A stretch of DNA of 64,000 nucleotides from Patescibacteria group bacterium (GTDB lineage Bacteria > Patescibacteriota > Patescibacteriia > UM-FILTER-42-10). Positions 9,132-18,038 of this stretch are shown piece after piece. How positions within the stretch are numbered: position 1 is the first letter of the stretch; every line of letters starts with the position of its first letter. The notes under the pieces were generated by a model. That model had not been told where the DNA came from. It worked only from the letters and a program-made list of their open reading frames with translations, and searched no databases. The position numbers and the translations under genes are program-made. The stretch covers positions 1,547 through 65,546 of the forward strand of contig JAHJEX010000071.1 of the NCBI GenBank assembly GCA_018825385.1, read 5' to 3'.

Positions 9132-10913
9132 CTACTCAGCAGTAAGATCATTTATTGTCGCCGGTGGAAAAGTATCAGATATCCTTATCAGCCGAACCCA
9201 GCGGGCAGTTAAATCACCTGGACCATCATTAACTAAACGAAAATCCATATCACTATCAAATTGGTTGGCAAAGTTAGCATCATGGATTGTGAAAGTATAA
9301 GTCTTAACCCGGTCATCATTACTATTGCTAATTGTTGTTGTAGATGCTAAAGCTCCGCCATTATCATAATACTCTAAATGCCAATCGGTTTGAGAATTAT
9401 CTATCATTTCCACTTTAATTTGAACCGTATCGGTTGGTATAAAACTATCATCTAAGGCAAAATAAATATAATTATTACCGGTAGCTATATCTGTACGACG
9501 AGCAGTGTAATGAGTGTATGAACCTGCCCCAGCATCAAAGTAGTAGAGCAGACTTGGCACAGTCACGCCACCCGTGATATCGCGTTGCAGTAGCCAGCGT
9601 TCAAAATTCCTTACCTGATCCACCCCATAGGAACTGATAGGAGACTCAAAGAGAAGGGTCCAAGCATCCGGAGAATTGTATACGTCTTTGCCAAAAGAGA
9701 GACGGGCATATTCACTCAAGCCAGGGTTGATTTCTTCACCCGCCTCTGAAGTCCATAACCATCTCATTCGTGCTTGTAAGGCCCGCATGACAGACATCCG
9801 ATACCGATATGGGTCGCTATGTTTACTACCATAACGCCATTCCCAAGCTTCACCGTACTCTTCATTTTCCTCGCCCCAATACCGTCCATCAAAATTCGGA
9901 CTGTCCTCATCTATAATAATATAACCATCATCATCAACCGTACTACCCCAGGATGTTTGCTCTATATGCCAAAAATAAAATTCAATACCGCCGTTTCTAT
10001 TACCAAAACCCTTGCTCCAAGCATAATATAGTAAATTGGTGCTCGCTCCCTCAAAATCCGTACGACCTTGAAACCAACTCGGACCCATCCCCACCCAAGC
10101 TACCTTATACTCTACTCCGGCGAAAGCCTCGGTATAGGCATCCATGCGTGCGCTTAGCCAATCATACATCACCGTAGGTGTCAGTCCCCAGTCAGCTTCG
10201 ATAGTATTGAGATACGGCTGAGTCATCCATAATTCCTCTCCTCGACTTTCGCTGATGCCATGCAAATAAATCGACTCTAATCGTGGGTCATCAGCATACG
10301 CCTCGCCCAAGGCTCTGACCATATTGTTAAAATCACCTCCAATTTCTGGTTGCCATTGTGGGATAACAGTAATGTTGAACGTGCCGCCTACAGTTGGCAA
10401 ATTCTCCGGATCAAGATCATAATATGTAAAAATCCAATCTGGTACCTCTCGAGATACAGAAATGCCGTTGTCAGGATTATATCCGCCGGTTGTAATGCTC
10501 TGGAGATGCAGACTGCCAGTCTTCCCCTGTGCCGCAAGGTTCGCGAGCCTGCTCTCCAGGGATGACCAATCGTACACACCCCTTTCGGGTTCAAAATCAT
10601 TCCAACCCAACCACATACTTCCTGAGACGGAATTGTCGCAATTACCACATACGTATCCAGAAAAGTCTTCAGCTTCAACAGTATCAGGTAACGAATAATC
10701 TTCTCCTTCAACAAATGGTACTGTACTGCTGCCAAGCACAACCGTGTGACTTTCGGCTTTCTGTTGACTGATTTCAACGTTATTTTTTTTTGTTAAACTA
10801 TTGTTTGAGTTGATAAACAAAAAAGCCACTGCAAAAACTAAAAGCGCAGCTAAACAGAAAAATAATGCCAAGCTTCTGGAGTGTCGATTTTTTAATGTCT
10901 GTATTTGAACCAT
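9132..10913 (-). CDS. Secreted/membrane-anchored protein, possibly a glycoside-hydrolase-like TIM-barrel with a C-terminal beta domain
   Basis: It has an N-terminal hydrophobic segment LALFFCLAALLVFAVAFLFI. The segment GWNDFEPERGVYDWSSLESRL is reminiscent of GH5/GH42-type barrels. The gene looks noticeably more GC-rich than the flanking array by eye. Confidence 0.35.
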   Translation of the reverse strand: MVQIQTLKNRHSRSLALFFCLAALLVFAVAFLFINSNNSLTKKNNVEISQQKAESHTVVLGSSTVPFVEGEDYSLPDTVEAEDFSGYVCGNCDNSVSGSMWLGWNDFEPERGVYDWSSLESRLANLAAQGKTGSLHLQSITTGGYNPDNGISVSREVPDWIFTYYDLDPENLPTVGGTFNITVIPQWQPEIGGDFNNMVRALGEAYADDPRLESIYLHGISESRGEELWMTQPYLNTIEADWGLTPTVMYDWLSARMDAYTEAFAGVEYKVAWVGMGPSWFQGRTDFEGASTNLLYYAWSKGFGNRNGGIEFYFWHIEQTSWGSTVDDDGYIIIDEDSPNFDGRYWGEENEEYGEAWEWRYGSKHSDPYRYRMSVMRALQARMRWLWTSEAGEEINPGLSEYARLSFGKDVYNSPDAWTLLFESPISSYGVDQVRNFERWLLQRDITGGVTVPSLLYYFDAGAGSYTHYTARRTDIATGNNYIYFALDDSFIPTDTVQIKVEMIDNSQTDWHLEYYDNGGALASTTTISNSNDDRVKTYTFTIHDANFANQFDSDMDFRLVNDGPGDLTARWVRLIRISDTFPPATINDLTAE

Positions 10914-10945
10914 ATACTGCTATTTCACTGTCTATGACAGTTTGT

Positions 10946-12607
10946 TTAGTTAGGCGGAAAAAATTTGCCTACAGCTATATTTATGCCTGATTGCATTTCA
11001 TTCGGAAACGCCACCACTTCATACAACGGATATTCACCCATCCCTTTCCATATTTTAATTACCGCCCGATCGCCTGATTGGACTGCCGTAACAATCTCGT
11101 CCACTCCATTATAATCAAAATCACCAGTCGCTAAGCTTACACCTCCACGAAATTCAGGATGATATGCATAAAATCCATTGTGATACAGAGTCATAGAACC
11201 GTCCGGCAAACGACGAAATATTCTAACATGCGGTCCGCCCACAGCTACCGGCGCTGTAATAATTTCATCACGGCCGTTTCCCAATAAGTCTCCGACCGCT
11301 ATGTTAACTCCCCCTCTAAAGGTAGCCGGATATGCCATGAATCCCAATATATGAGGCCAAATTTTGTTTCCTTCATAATGAAAAATACGAACATGTGGCC
11401 CACCGGTTAAAATACCAGGTGCTGTGATTATATCAGCATGTCCGTCTGCATCTAAATCTCCACTTGCTATATTCCAACTTCCTCTCAGCCATTCATTATA
11501 TGCAAAAAAGTTTTCAATTGTAGGAACATAGGCTCCATCTCGTTTACCAAATATCCTAATATTTGGTCCCCCGTTTGATGCTGGAGAAACAATTATTTCT
11601 TTATTACCCTTCTTATCTACATCACCTATCGCTACTTTTACACCACTACGAAATCCCTCTTGGTATACTGAAATTTCATTCAGTAAATCACCTTTCCAAT
11701 TAAATATTCTCACCTTTGGTTCATAGCCAGGTCCCGGTCCAACCACGATTTCGTCGATTCCATCGGAATCAAGATCACCCGCCGCAACATTAACTCCACC
11801 TCGAAATGATTCAGAATAAGCAAAAAATTGAGAAAGCAAAGTTCCGGTTTTTGTCAGAATCCTAATTTGAGGTCCGCCACCCTGATTTGGTGCTGCAACT
11901 AAATAACTTTCTTGAATTTGAAGTTCTTCTCCGCCAACCGGAGGTTGAGGTGCTACTTCTGGCGGTGTCTCTTCTGTTGGCGGTATTTCTTCCAACGGTG
12001 ATGTGGGTGAGCTGACTATATTGCATTCTTCCGTTTCATTAGGACGATCTTCTTCTTTACCACAATTGTTCAAATCACTACATTCTCTTGTTTCTGTGCT
12101 GTCAACACATTCTGACCACGCTGAACATGTCCAAGATACAACACAGTCTGTAGTATGTGAAGCGATATTAGAAAGCGCTGACCATTGTCCTTCATTATCT
12201 ACAGTTTTTATCGCAAAATAGTAGGTAGTATTTGGGGCCAATCCCATAACTACAAAAGTTTCTTCAGTTCCGGCAAGTGAAGGAGCGGGAGGATCTGCAA
12301 TCTGCGAAGCAGTTGTCCAACCTGAATCATCTATCACCTGAGTACTGTAACGAATATCATATTCAGAAGCCGTACCAGAAAAATCATCATCCCCTGGCGC
12401 TGTCCAGGTAAGTATTACAGAATTTGTTGAAGTGGCACCGAAACCTGCCTGTACTTCATTCAGATGTATCTGATTTCCATAAGGATATAAAAAACTATAA
12501 GCTAAACCAATAAACGCAGTCAATGCAGCAATAACAGCAATTTCAATATTGATTCTCACAAGTAGTTTTGCATTGTTTTTAATTATTGCGACTGATCTCA
12601 CTTGCAT
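10946..12607 (-). CDS. Membrane-anchored FG-GAP-repeat beta-propeller protein with a fibronectin type III-like domain
   Basis: It has an N-terminal TM segment. An FN3-like segment reads TWTAPGDDDFSGTASEYDIRYS. There are about seven repeats of FxxxxxxFRGGVNxAxGDLDxDGxDEIVxxPGxxGGPxVRIF, the FG-GAP pattern. Confidence 0.6.
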   Translation of the reverse strand: MQVRSVAIIKNNAKLLVRINIEIAVIAALTAFIGLAYSFLYPYGNQIHLNEVQAGFGATSTNSVILTWTAPGDDDFSGTASEYDIRYSTQVIDDSGWTTASQIADPPAPSLAGTEETFVVMGLAPNTTYYFAIKTVDNEGQWSALSNIASHTTDCVVSWTCSAWSECVDSTETRECSDLNNCGKEEDRPNETEECNIVSSPTSPLEEIPPTEETPPEVAPQPPVGGEELQIQESYLVAAPNQGGGPQIRILTKTGTLLSQFFAYSESFRGGVNVAAGDLDSDGIDEIVVGPGPGYEPKVRIFNWKGDLLNEISVYQEGFRSGVKVAIGDVDKKGNKEIIVSPASNGGPNIRIFGKRDGAYVPTIENFFAYNEWLRGSWNIASGDLDADGHADIITAPGILTGGPHVRIFHYEGNKIWPHILGFMAYPATFRGGVNIAVGDLLGNGRDEIITAPVAVGGPHVRIFRRLPDGSMTLYHNGFYAYHPEFRGGVSLATGDFDYNGVDEIVTAVQSGDRAVIKIWKGMGEYPLYEVVAFPNEMQSGINIAVGKFFPPN

Positions 12608-12927
12608 TTAGTTAGTGTTCAAATCCATGGATATTTTATTGATTAAAAAAGTAATCAAGCACACTGAGTTTATAACACCTCAATAAAAAATCGCTGAACA
12701 AACAGCGACTGAAAAAAGAAAAATAACGATTATATGCGCTATTCTATTTTTTTGTTTTGATGCAACAATACCATTACGCATAATACTATAGAATTCATAT
12801 TTCTATGTTTATTGTAACAAAAGTAATCACTTTTGTCAATTTTTAGATTAAATAATTTCAACAATATCTATAACTTTCCCGTACACTTAAGTTCTTTTTC
12901 CCAATTGAGAAATTTGTTCCAGAGACC

Positions 12928-13525
12928 CTAGAGACTGTTACTTTCATATGCCTTCTCCAGTTCCATAGCCATTGAACTAAAAAAACCAATTTTATAGAAA
13001 TATTGGTCGCGGGTTTTTTTATCAAATATTGAACGTAATCTAATTTTATTTTCTTTCATCCAAGCCGAATATTTTCCACCAGTATCATCGAGGATCGCTA
13101 CTATGCTAGAAATTTTCAATTCCCCTTTAGAATTCTTTATGAATACTTGTTTACTTGAACCAGTAGCAATTACATCGTCAACCAGTACAGCACGAGCTCC
13201 TTTTTCTATATATTCCTTCTACCAGAGCATCAGTAGAATAACCTTTAGACTTTTTTCTAATATAAACCCATGGGAGATTCAATTCCATGGCAGTAGTAGC
13301 AGCTAAACTGATCCCGCCCGTTTCGCTACCAGCTATCACTTCAATTTTCGGCTTAATTTTTTTGATTATTCGAGCAAATTCCTGCGCAATTGTTTTTAGC
13401 ACTACTGGATAAGACAAAGCAGCTTTAGGATCCCAATAGATTGGAACAATTCTTCCGGCCTTAATTTTAACGCCTGTAGTATAAAAACGTTCTTGAGCCA
13501 ATACTTCAATCGCTTTATTATTCAT
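12928..13525 (-). pseudogene. Orotate-PRTase-like phosphoribosyltransferase, split by a frameshift in an A5 run near 13178-13185 (ORFs 13178..13525 and 12928..13119)
   Basis: The N-part ends ...ALVEGIYRK. The alternative frame continues GARAVLVDDVIATGSSKQVF...SSIVAILDDTGGKY, the PRPP-binding loop. The last 5 codons come from the 32-nt comM-fragment repeat. Confidence 0.6.
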
Positions 13526-14997
13526 ATCTTTTTTATTACCCCTTTTTCCGCATCTACAAATACTTTGTCACCATCTTTGAAAATTCTTGTCGCAATTTTT
13601 GTTCCTACAATGCAAGGAACTTTTAGTTCTCTAGAAACAATTGCCGCATGTGAAAGCAAGCCTCCTTCATCAGTAACGATTGCGCCCGCCCGTTCCATAG
13701 CAGGAACATAAGTAGGGTTAGTAGAATTGGCTACTAGGATATCCCCTCGTTCTACTTTGCGAACATCATGGACAGTAAAGACAAGCCTGGCTTTCCCTCG
13801 AGCTTGCCCGGGACTTGCTGGTTGACCGATTAACTCTTTTGTTTTTACCAATTCTTGTTCCCTTTTGCGATGTTTCGTTGTGTACTGCTTAAGCTTTACT
13901 CCCGAATATACTTTCCGCTGACCATTTTCTAGAATTAATGCATGATCCGAATGACGAAGTTTTGCCTCCCTTTTCATGTTAGCAGACAATTTTCCTTTTT
14001 TTAGCGCACTAATAATTTCATCTGCTCCTAGTGAATAGAAATGCCTACATGGTATCCCAAGTCTGTGCGATATCTCCTGCCAAAGCCCCCACAAATTATG
14101 TACTACATAGCCATAAGTTTCATCAACATAGTTCGACAATGAACACCAGCGCTTTATATGATATATCTGTAATCTGGTTTCTTCGTCAAGTTCAATCTTT
14201 TTTATTGATTCTTCAGTTAACTTATCATTTCTATCCTGTATTCTAAAATCATCGATTAAAGCTTTGAATTTCTTTGGCGATAATGATAAATATTCCCTCA
14301 ATCTACTTTTTAAATTCTCAACAGTATATGCCACCCCTCGAAAATAGTAGAACCCCAGATAAGCATATTCAGAAAGATGGTTTTCCAGTTTTATTATTAC
14401 CTTTTCGTCATTCATTATGATTTTATTCTTACGGATAGACTCAGCTATTTTCACTAAGCTCCGTTTTTCTGTCCGCATTTCTGAAGGTCTATCAGCTTCA
14501 AAAAATATTCCTATATATTTATTCTGTTCATATAAATCCGGTATTTTAGCCGCTATTTTAGTTGTAACAATGTCCGGTAAAAACTGGTTCAGGTAAATAT
14601 AATCGTATGCAAAACACCATATTTTTTTGGAATGTTCATACCATTCAGCAAATACCCTGATCAATTCTAGATTACTCGACTTTGCAAAGTCAAACGATCC
14701 ATAGTAGTCTGCAAAACGACGATAATCTGTAATTCTTTGTTTATATTCTCGTTCATAGTCAAAAAGATTTGAATCCTTGCCAGTTAATGCTTTTTCCATA
14801 ACCGAACGATACAGTTTGAAATCCTCCCTTCCATACCATCGGGCGTTATCAAACTGCCGATAATTTCTAATATTCTTTTTTACCCGATGTGCCTTCGCCC
14901 ATAGACCTTCTTTATAAAGAGAAATAATCGAATCAATAACCAAAAAAGGATGCGCTTTTCCTCTTCGTGCAATTTCAATCCATTTAGTATTTGTCAT
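13522..14997 (-). CDS. PEP-utilising-enzyme mobile-domain protein, paralog 7
   Basis: C-terminus GGLLSHAAIVSRELKVPCIVG...DGDKVFVDAEKGVIKKI, with a paralogous N-domain. Confidence 0.75.
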   Translation of the reverse strand: MTNTKWIEIARRGKAHPFLVIDSIISLYKEGLWAKAHRVKKNIRNYRQFDNARWYGREDFKLYRSVMEKALTGKDSNLFDYEREYKQRITDYRRFADYYGSFDFAKSSNLELIRVFAEWYEHSKKIWCFAYDYIYLNQFLPDIVTTKIAAKIPDLYEQNKYIGIFFEADRPSEMRTEKRSLVKIAESIRKNKIIMNDEKVIIKLENHLSEYAYLGFYYFRGVAYTVENLKSRLREYLSLSPKKFKALIDDFRIQDRNDKLTEESIKKIELDEETRLQIYHIKRWCSLSNYVDETYGYVVHNLWGLWQEISHRLGIPCRHFYSLGADEIISALKKGKLSANMKREAKLRHSDHALILENGQRKVYSGVKLKQYTTKHRKREQELVKTKELIGQPASPGQARGKARLVFTVHDVRKVERGDILVANSTNPTYVPAMERAGAIVTDEGGLLSHAAIVSRELKVPCIVGTKIATRIFKDGDKVFVDAEKGVIKKI

Positions 14998-14999
14998 AT

Positions 15000-16562
15000 T
15001 TAAACCTTCTTAATAGTTCCTTTTTCAGCATCTACGATTACCCTATCACCGTCTTTCAAAAACAAATCACAATTACGAACCCCCACCACACATGGAATTT
15101 TCATCTCTCGTGCTACAATCGAGGTATGACAAGTCAGACCGCCCGCTCCCCCTACTAATGCAGATGCCTTTTTCATAGCCGGAACCAGATTTGGGTTGGT
15201 ATTGTGCGCCACCATAATATCCCCCTTTTTCATTTTCTTCATTTCATCAGGAATATTTATTACTTTAACTATACCTTCAACTTTTCCGGGATAGGCGCAT
15301 GTACCAATAAGTTTGTTTACATTGTTTTTAGGTTTTTGTAGTTTAATTGATTTCATGAACTGTTCAGCTTGCTTCCCTGTTATGACTTTGTTGATATATC
15401 TAGCGCTCCCCGTTCTTTTGTAATAGTCTACAGCCTTTTTTAGCCTTTCATTTAAAACATTAGCATCAACCTCGCCCTTTTTCAGTGATTCTATTATTTC
15501 GCTGGGTTTCATTGCCTGAACCTGATTTACTGAAAGTCCGAATCTTTTACCAAATTCTCTGAATATTATTTCATAATAATACATTGCATTATATAGCCCG
15601 TTTTTTCTATAACTTTTAATAAATACCATCTCTTGAGCCATTTTGAGAATATTTTTTTCATGCTCCGTAAAGCCAATTTGCCCTATAAGCTTTTTTTGCT
15701 CTTTCAACAAGTCTTGGCGATCTTTTTTCTTTTGCTCCAATACTGTTTGTGGATTACTCTGTTCGCGCAAAAACGCCTGCCAACGTGATATATAATCCTC
15801 TAGAGGATACGCCGGCCCTTTGTATTGATAGGTAAGCGGGCTATAGCGCTGATAATGACTGACAACCTTTTTGTAAATCTCTTTATCCAGATTCGCTAAA
15901 TTATTTTTCAGACCCTGAAGGCTGGACTGTATAAAAGTCTCTTTGAGTTTCCTTTTTTTACTTATATCCGATGCGATTCTTAGGAAACTTTCTTCCTCTT
16001 TTTCCAGTAAACTTTTTTTATTCGGTGATGTTAAGATCGAGAATACTTTTGATGCACTTTCTTGTATTTTGTTGCTTTCCAGCTTTTTAGCAATCAATCT
16101 TAGAATTGCTTTAGTTGTCAGTTGATCACCGGCATCAACATGCCAGCTTACAGCAGTGGCATGCCCATGACTAATCATGTGAATTTTCCATAATTCTTTC
16201 ATCAGTTTAGCGATCTGTATATCAGTCATATTCCCTAAATCCAGCTTTTCAACATTTCTCATTACTTTAAAGAATTCAGTTGTGGCAATTTCTATCCTTT
16301 TTAGGATTTTTAATGCCCATTTTGGATTTTTAATTGCCTTGTCCGAAAGAAATTTGCATTCCGCATCAAACTCCTTCTTAACGTAGATCATTTGAGAAAA
16401 ATCACCATTAAAATATGTAAGAAATTCTTTCTCAAAACTTCCAGATCCCTGTTTTGGATACACGGTATAAAAAGCAATGCTTGGAATCTCCATCATGAAC
16501 ATTGTATTTTGGGGAATATCCTCAACTGCTATGTATGTTTTTTTCGTTCTACCCTTCGTCAT
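15000..16562 (-). CDS. PEP-utilising-enzyme mobile-domain protein, paralog 8
   Basis: C-terminus GGLTCHTSIVAREMKIPCVVG...DGDRVIVDAEKGTIKKV. The N-domain has PLTYQYKGPAYP. Confidence 0.75.
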   Translation of the reverse strand: MTKGRTKKTYIAVEDIPQNTMFMMEIPSIAFYTVYPKQGSGSFEKEFLTYFNGDFSQMIYVKKEFDAECKFLSDKAIKNPKWALKILKRIEIATTEFFKVMRNVEKLDLGNMTDIQIAKLMKELWKIHMISHGHATAVSWHVDAGDQLTTKAILRLIAKKLESNKIQESASKVFSILTSPNKKSLLEKEEESFLRIASDISKKRKLKETFIQSSLQGLKNNLANLDKEIYKKVVSHYQRYSPLTYQYKGPAYPLEDYISRWQAFLREQSNPQTVLEQKKKDRQDLLKEQKKLIGQIGFTEHEKNILKMAQEMVFIKSYRKNGLYNAMYYYEIIFREFGKRFGLSVNQVQAMKPSEIIESLKKGEVDANVLNERLKKAVDYYKRTGSARYINKVITGKQAEQFMKSIKLQKPKNNVNKLIGTCAYPGKVEGIVKVINIPDEMKKMKKGDIMVAHNTNPNLVPAMKKASALVGGAGGLTCHTSIVAREMKIPCVVGVRNCDLFLKDGDRVIVDAEKGTIKKV

Positions 16563-16564
16563 AT

Positions 16565-17131
16565 TTACATCTTATCAATTTTTATTACAGAATTATTATC
16601 CAGGTAATAATTTCGAAATGAGGAGTACTTCCAGTCTTCGGACCTTTTAACCAATCCGGCACGCACAGGATTATTGTGTATGTAATCAAGCTTCTCTTCA
16701 AGATCTTTTTGGTTACGCACAACATGTTCCCAAAATTTCCCTTGGATTACTTTGCCAGAACTTACATTTGCTTTATTGTAGCTATTTGCGAATACTCCAT
16801 CTATATGATGCATTATATCAGAAACTGTTCTTTTCATAGGAGGAATTATCAGTAAGTGAATATGGTCAGGCATGATAACAAAACCTACCAGCTTAAATGC
16901 AAATTTGTTCCGACAATAACTGATAGTTTTAATGTAAAGCGCTTTAAACCTATCCGATTCGAATATTTTTCTTTTTTTATATGGATTCACTGTTATAAAG
17001 TAGCAGTGGTTTTCTAAATAAATTCTTTTCCTCATTTTTTTTATTAGTCGGACCAAACAAGATTTGGTCCTACGTCTTAAAACTAATTCTTTCTCTATTC
17101 GCTTTGCGAGCCTGCCTGCATATAGCCCCAT
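16565..17131 (-). mobile_element. IS200/IS605-family Y1 HuH transposase (TnpA) or REP-associated tyrosine transposase (RAYT)-like gene embedded in the operon
   Basis: The HuH motif reads VMPDHIHLLIIPP, with a Tyr-containing C-terminal region (SFRNYY). The stop lies 3 nt from the downstream paralog start. A 9-bp-stem hairpin sits 64-88 nt upstream of the ATG. Confidence 0.65.
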
Positions 17132-17194
17132 TTCAACTAAACAGGTAAATATCGTTTGATCTTGTATTTAAATAAGCTGGTTTTCTATTCACGT

Positions 17195-17219
17195 AGCTGA
17201 CAAATCTTGTTTGTCAGCT
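17195..17219 (-). repeat. Hairpin agctgacaa-N7-ttgtcagct upstream of tnpA; candidate IS200-type left-end subterminal hairpin
   Basis: This is a near-perfect inverted repeat read directly from the sequence. Its orientation is wrong for a terminator of the upstream minus-strand gene. Confidence 0.35.
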
Positions 17220-17346
17220 CGTTTTACTGCTATGTATGTTTTATTCATATTTTTTATTTTAACGGTGCTTGTAGTGAGTTGGGTTCTTTATGAAGTATAT
17301 GTTCTTCCCACAAAAACTAAAATAAATTATTGCTACTCTATTGCTA

Positions 17347-18036
17347 TTAAAGAATATCGCTTTTCAATGATTTCTTCCACGCCATAAACATGTTCCAATT
17401 CTTTTTGTTTTTGTGCCAGCCGGTGGGATCAGCAAGGTAGGCTTTTTGGATTGCTATCGCTTCTGGAGGCATCTTTTTCGCCCTACACACGCATTCAAGC
17501 CATTCATGCCGATTATAAAGGGTGTCAAAAGTAATTCCAATTTTCTTTAATTGCTTTTTGAATTTCTGATTTTTCATGTGCCAGGGATCATTGATAACCA
17601 TCACATGTTTTATTTTTATCCCATCTTTTGCACAATCTTTAATAGCTTTTAACACTGTACCACCCAAAGCAATTACATCATCAATCAGCACGCCAACAGC
17701 ACCTGATTGATAATCACCTTCCACCCATTTTCTGCGTAAAGTGGATTTTTTTTCTTTATTCAAGTAGGCAAAAGGTATTCTGGTTTTTAAACTTGTCGCC
17801 AGAGCAATAGGAATGCCGGCCATTGGAATTCCTACAATCAGATCTACCTTACCACTCTGGTTGTATTTTCTAATTATCTTGCCCAATTCCCCGGAAATTA
17901 TTTCAACTACTTTAGGGTGAGAGTAAAGGCATCTGCTATCGTTGTAAAATGGCACAATGGCACCGGTAGTCGTTTGATTAAAAGGACCAACATAGATTTT
18001 CATTTTAGCCACTTCTCTTAAAACCTGCTTATTCAT
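17347..18036 (-). CDS. Type I phosphoribosyltransferase (orotate-PRTase-like) with a C-terminal W-x-K-N-x3-W extension
   Basis: The PRPP loop reads VGVLIDDVIALGGTV. The C-tail has DPTGWHKNKKNWNMF. Confidence 0.6.
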   Translation of the reverse strand: MNKQVLREVAKMKIYVGPFNQTTTGAIVPFYNDSRCLYSHPKVVEIISGELGKIIRKYNQSGKVDLIVGIPMAGIPIALATSLKTRIPFAYLNKEKKSTLRRKWVEGDYQSGAVGVLIDDVIALGGTVLKAIKDCAKDGIKIKHVMVINDPWHMKNQKFKKQLKKIGITFDTLYNRHEWLECVCRAKKMPPEAIAIQKAYLADPTGWHKNKKNWNMFMAWKKSLKSDIL

Positions 18037-18038
18037 AA

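Noticed and set aside
10350-10777. ORFs 10350..10565, 10388..10777, 10462..10698 and 10529..10771 overlapping the 9132..10913 gene
   Set aside because: The same GC-driven open-frame artefact occurs within a higher-GC gene. There are no motifs.
675-16562. Calling the paralogs bona fide phosphoenolpyruvate synthase or pyruvate phosphate dikinase
   Set aside because: The proteins are only ~480-520 aa and lack the ~350-aa C-terminal PEP-binding TIM-barrel. No glycine-rich ATP-grasp motifs were seen in the N-domain. Only the His swivel domain is shared.
17195-17219. Hairpin upstream of tnpA considered as a rho-independent terminator of PRTase gene 17347..18036
   Set aside because: On the minus strand the stem is not followed by a T-run; the T-rich stretch is on the plus-strand side. 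It is more consistent with an IS200-type subterminal hairpin or no function.
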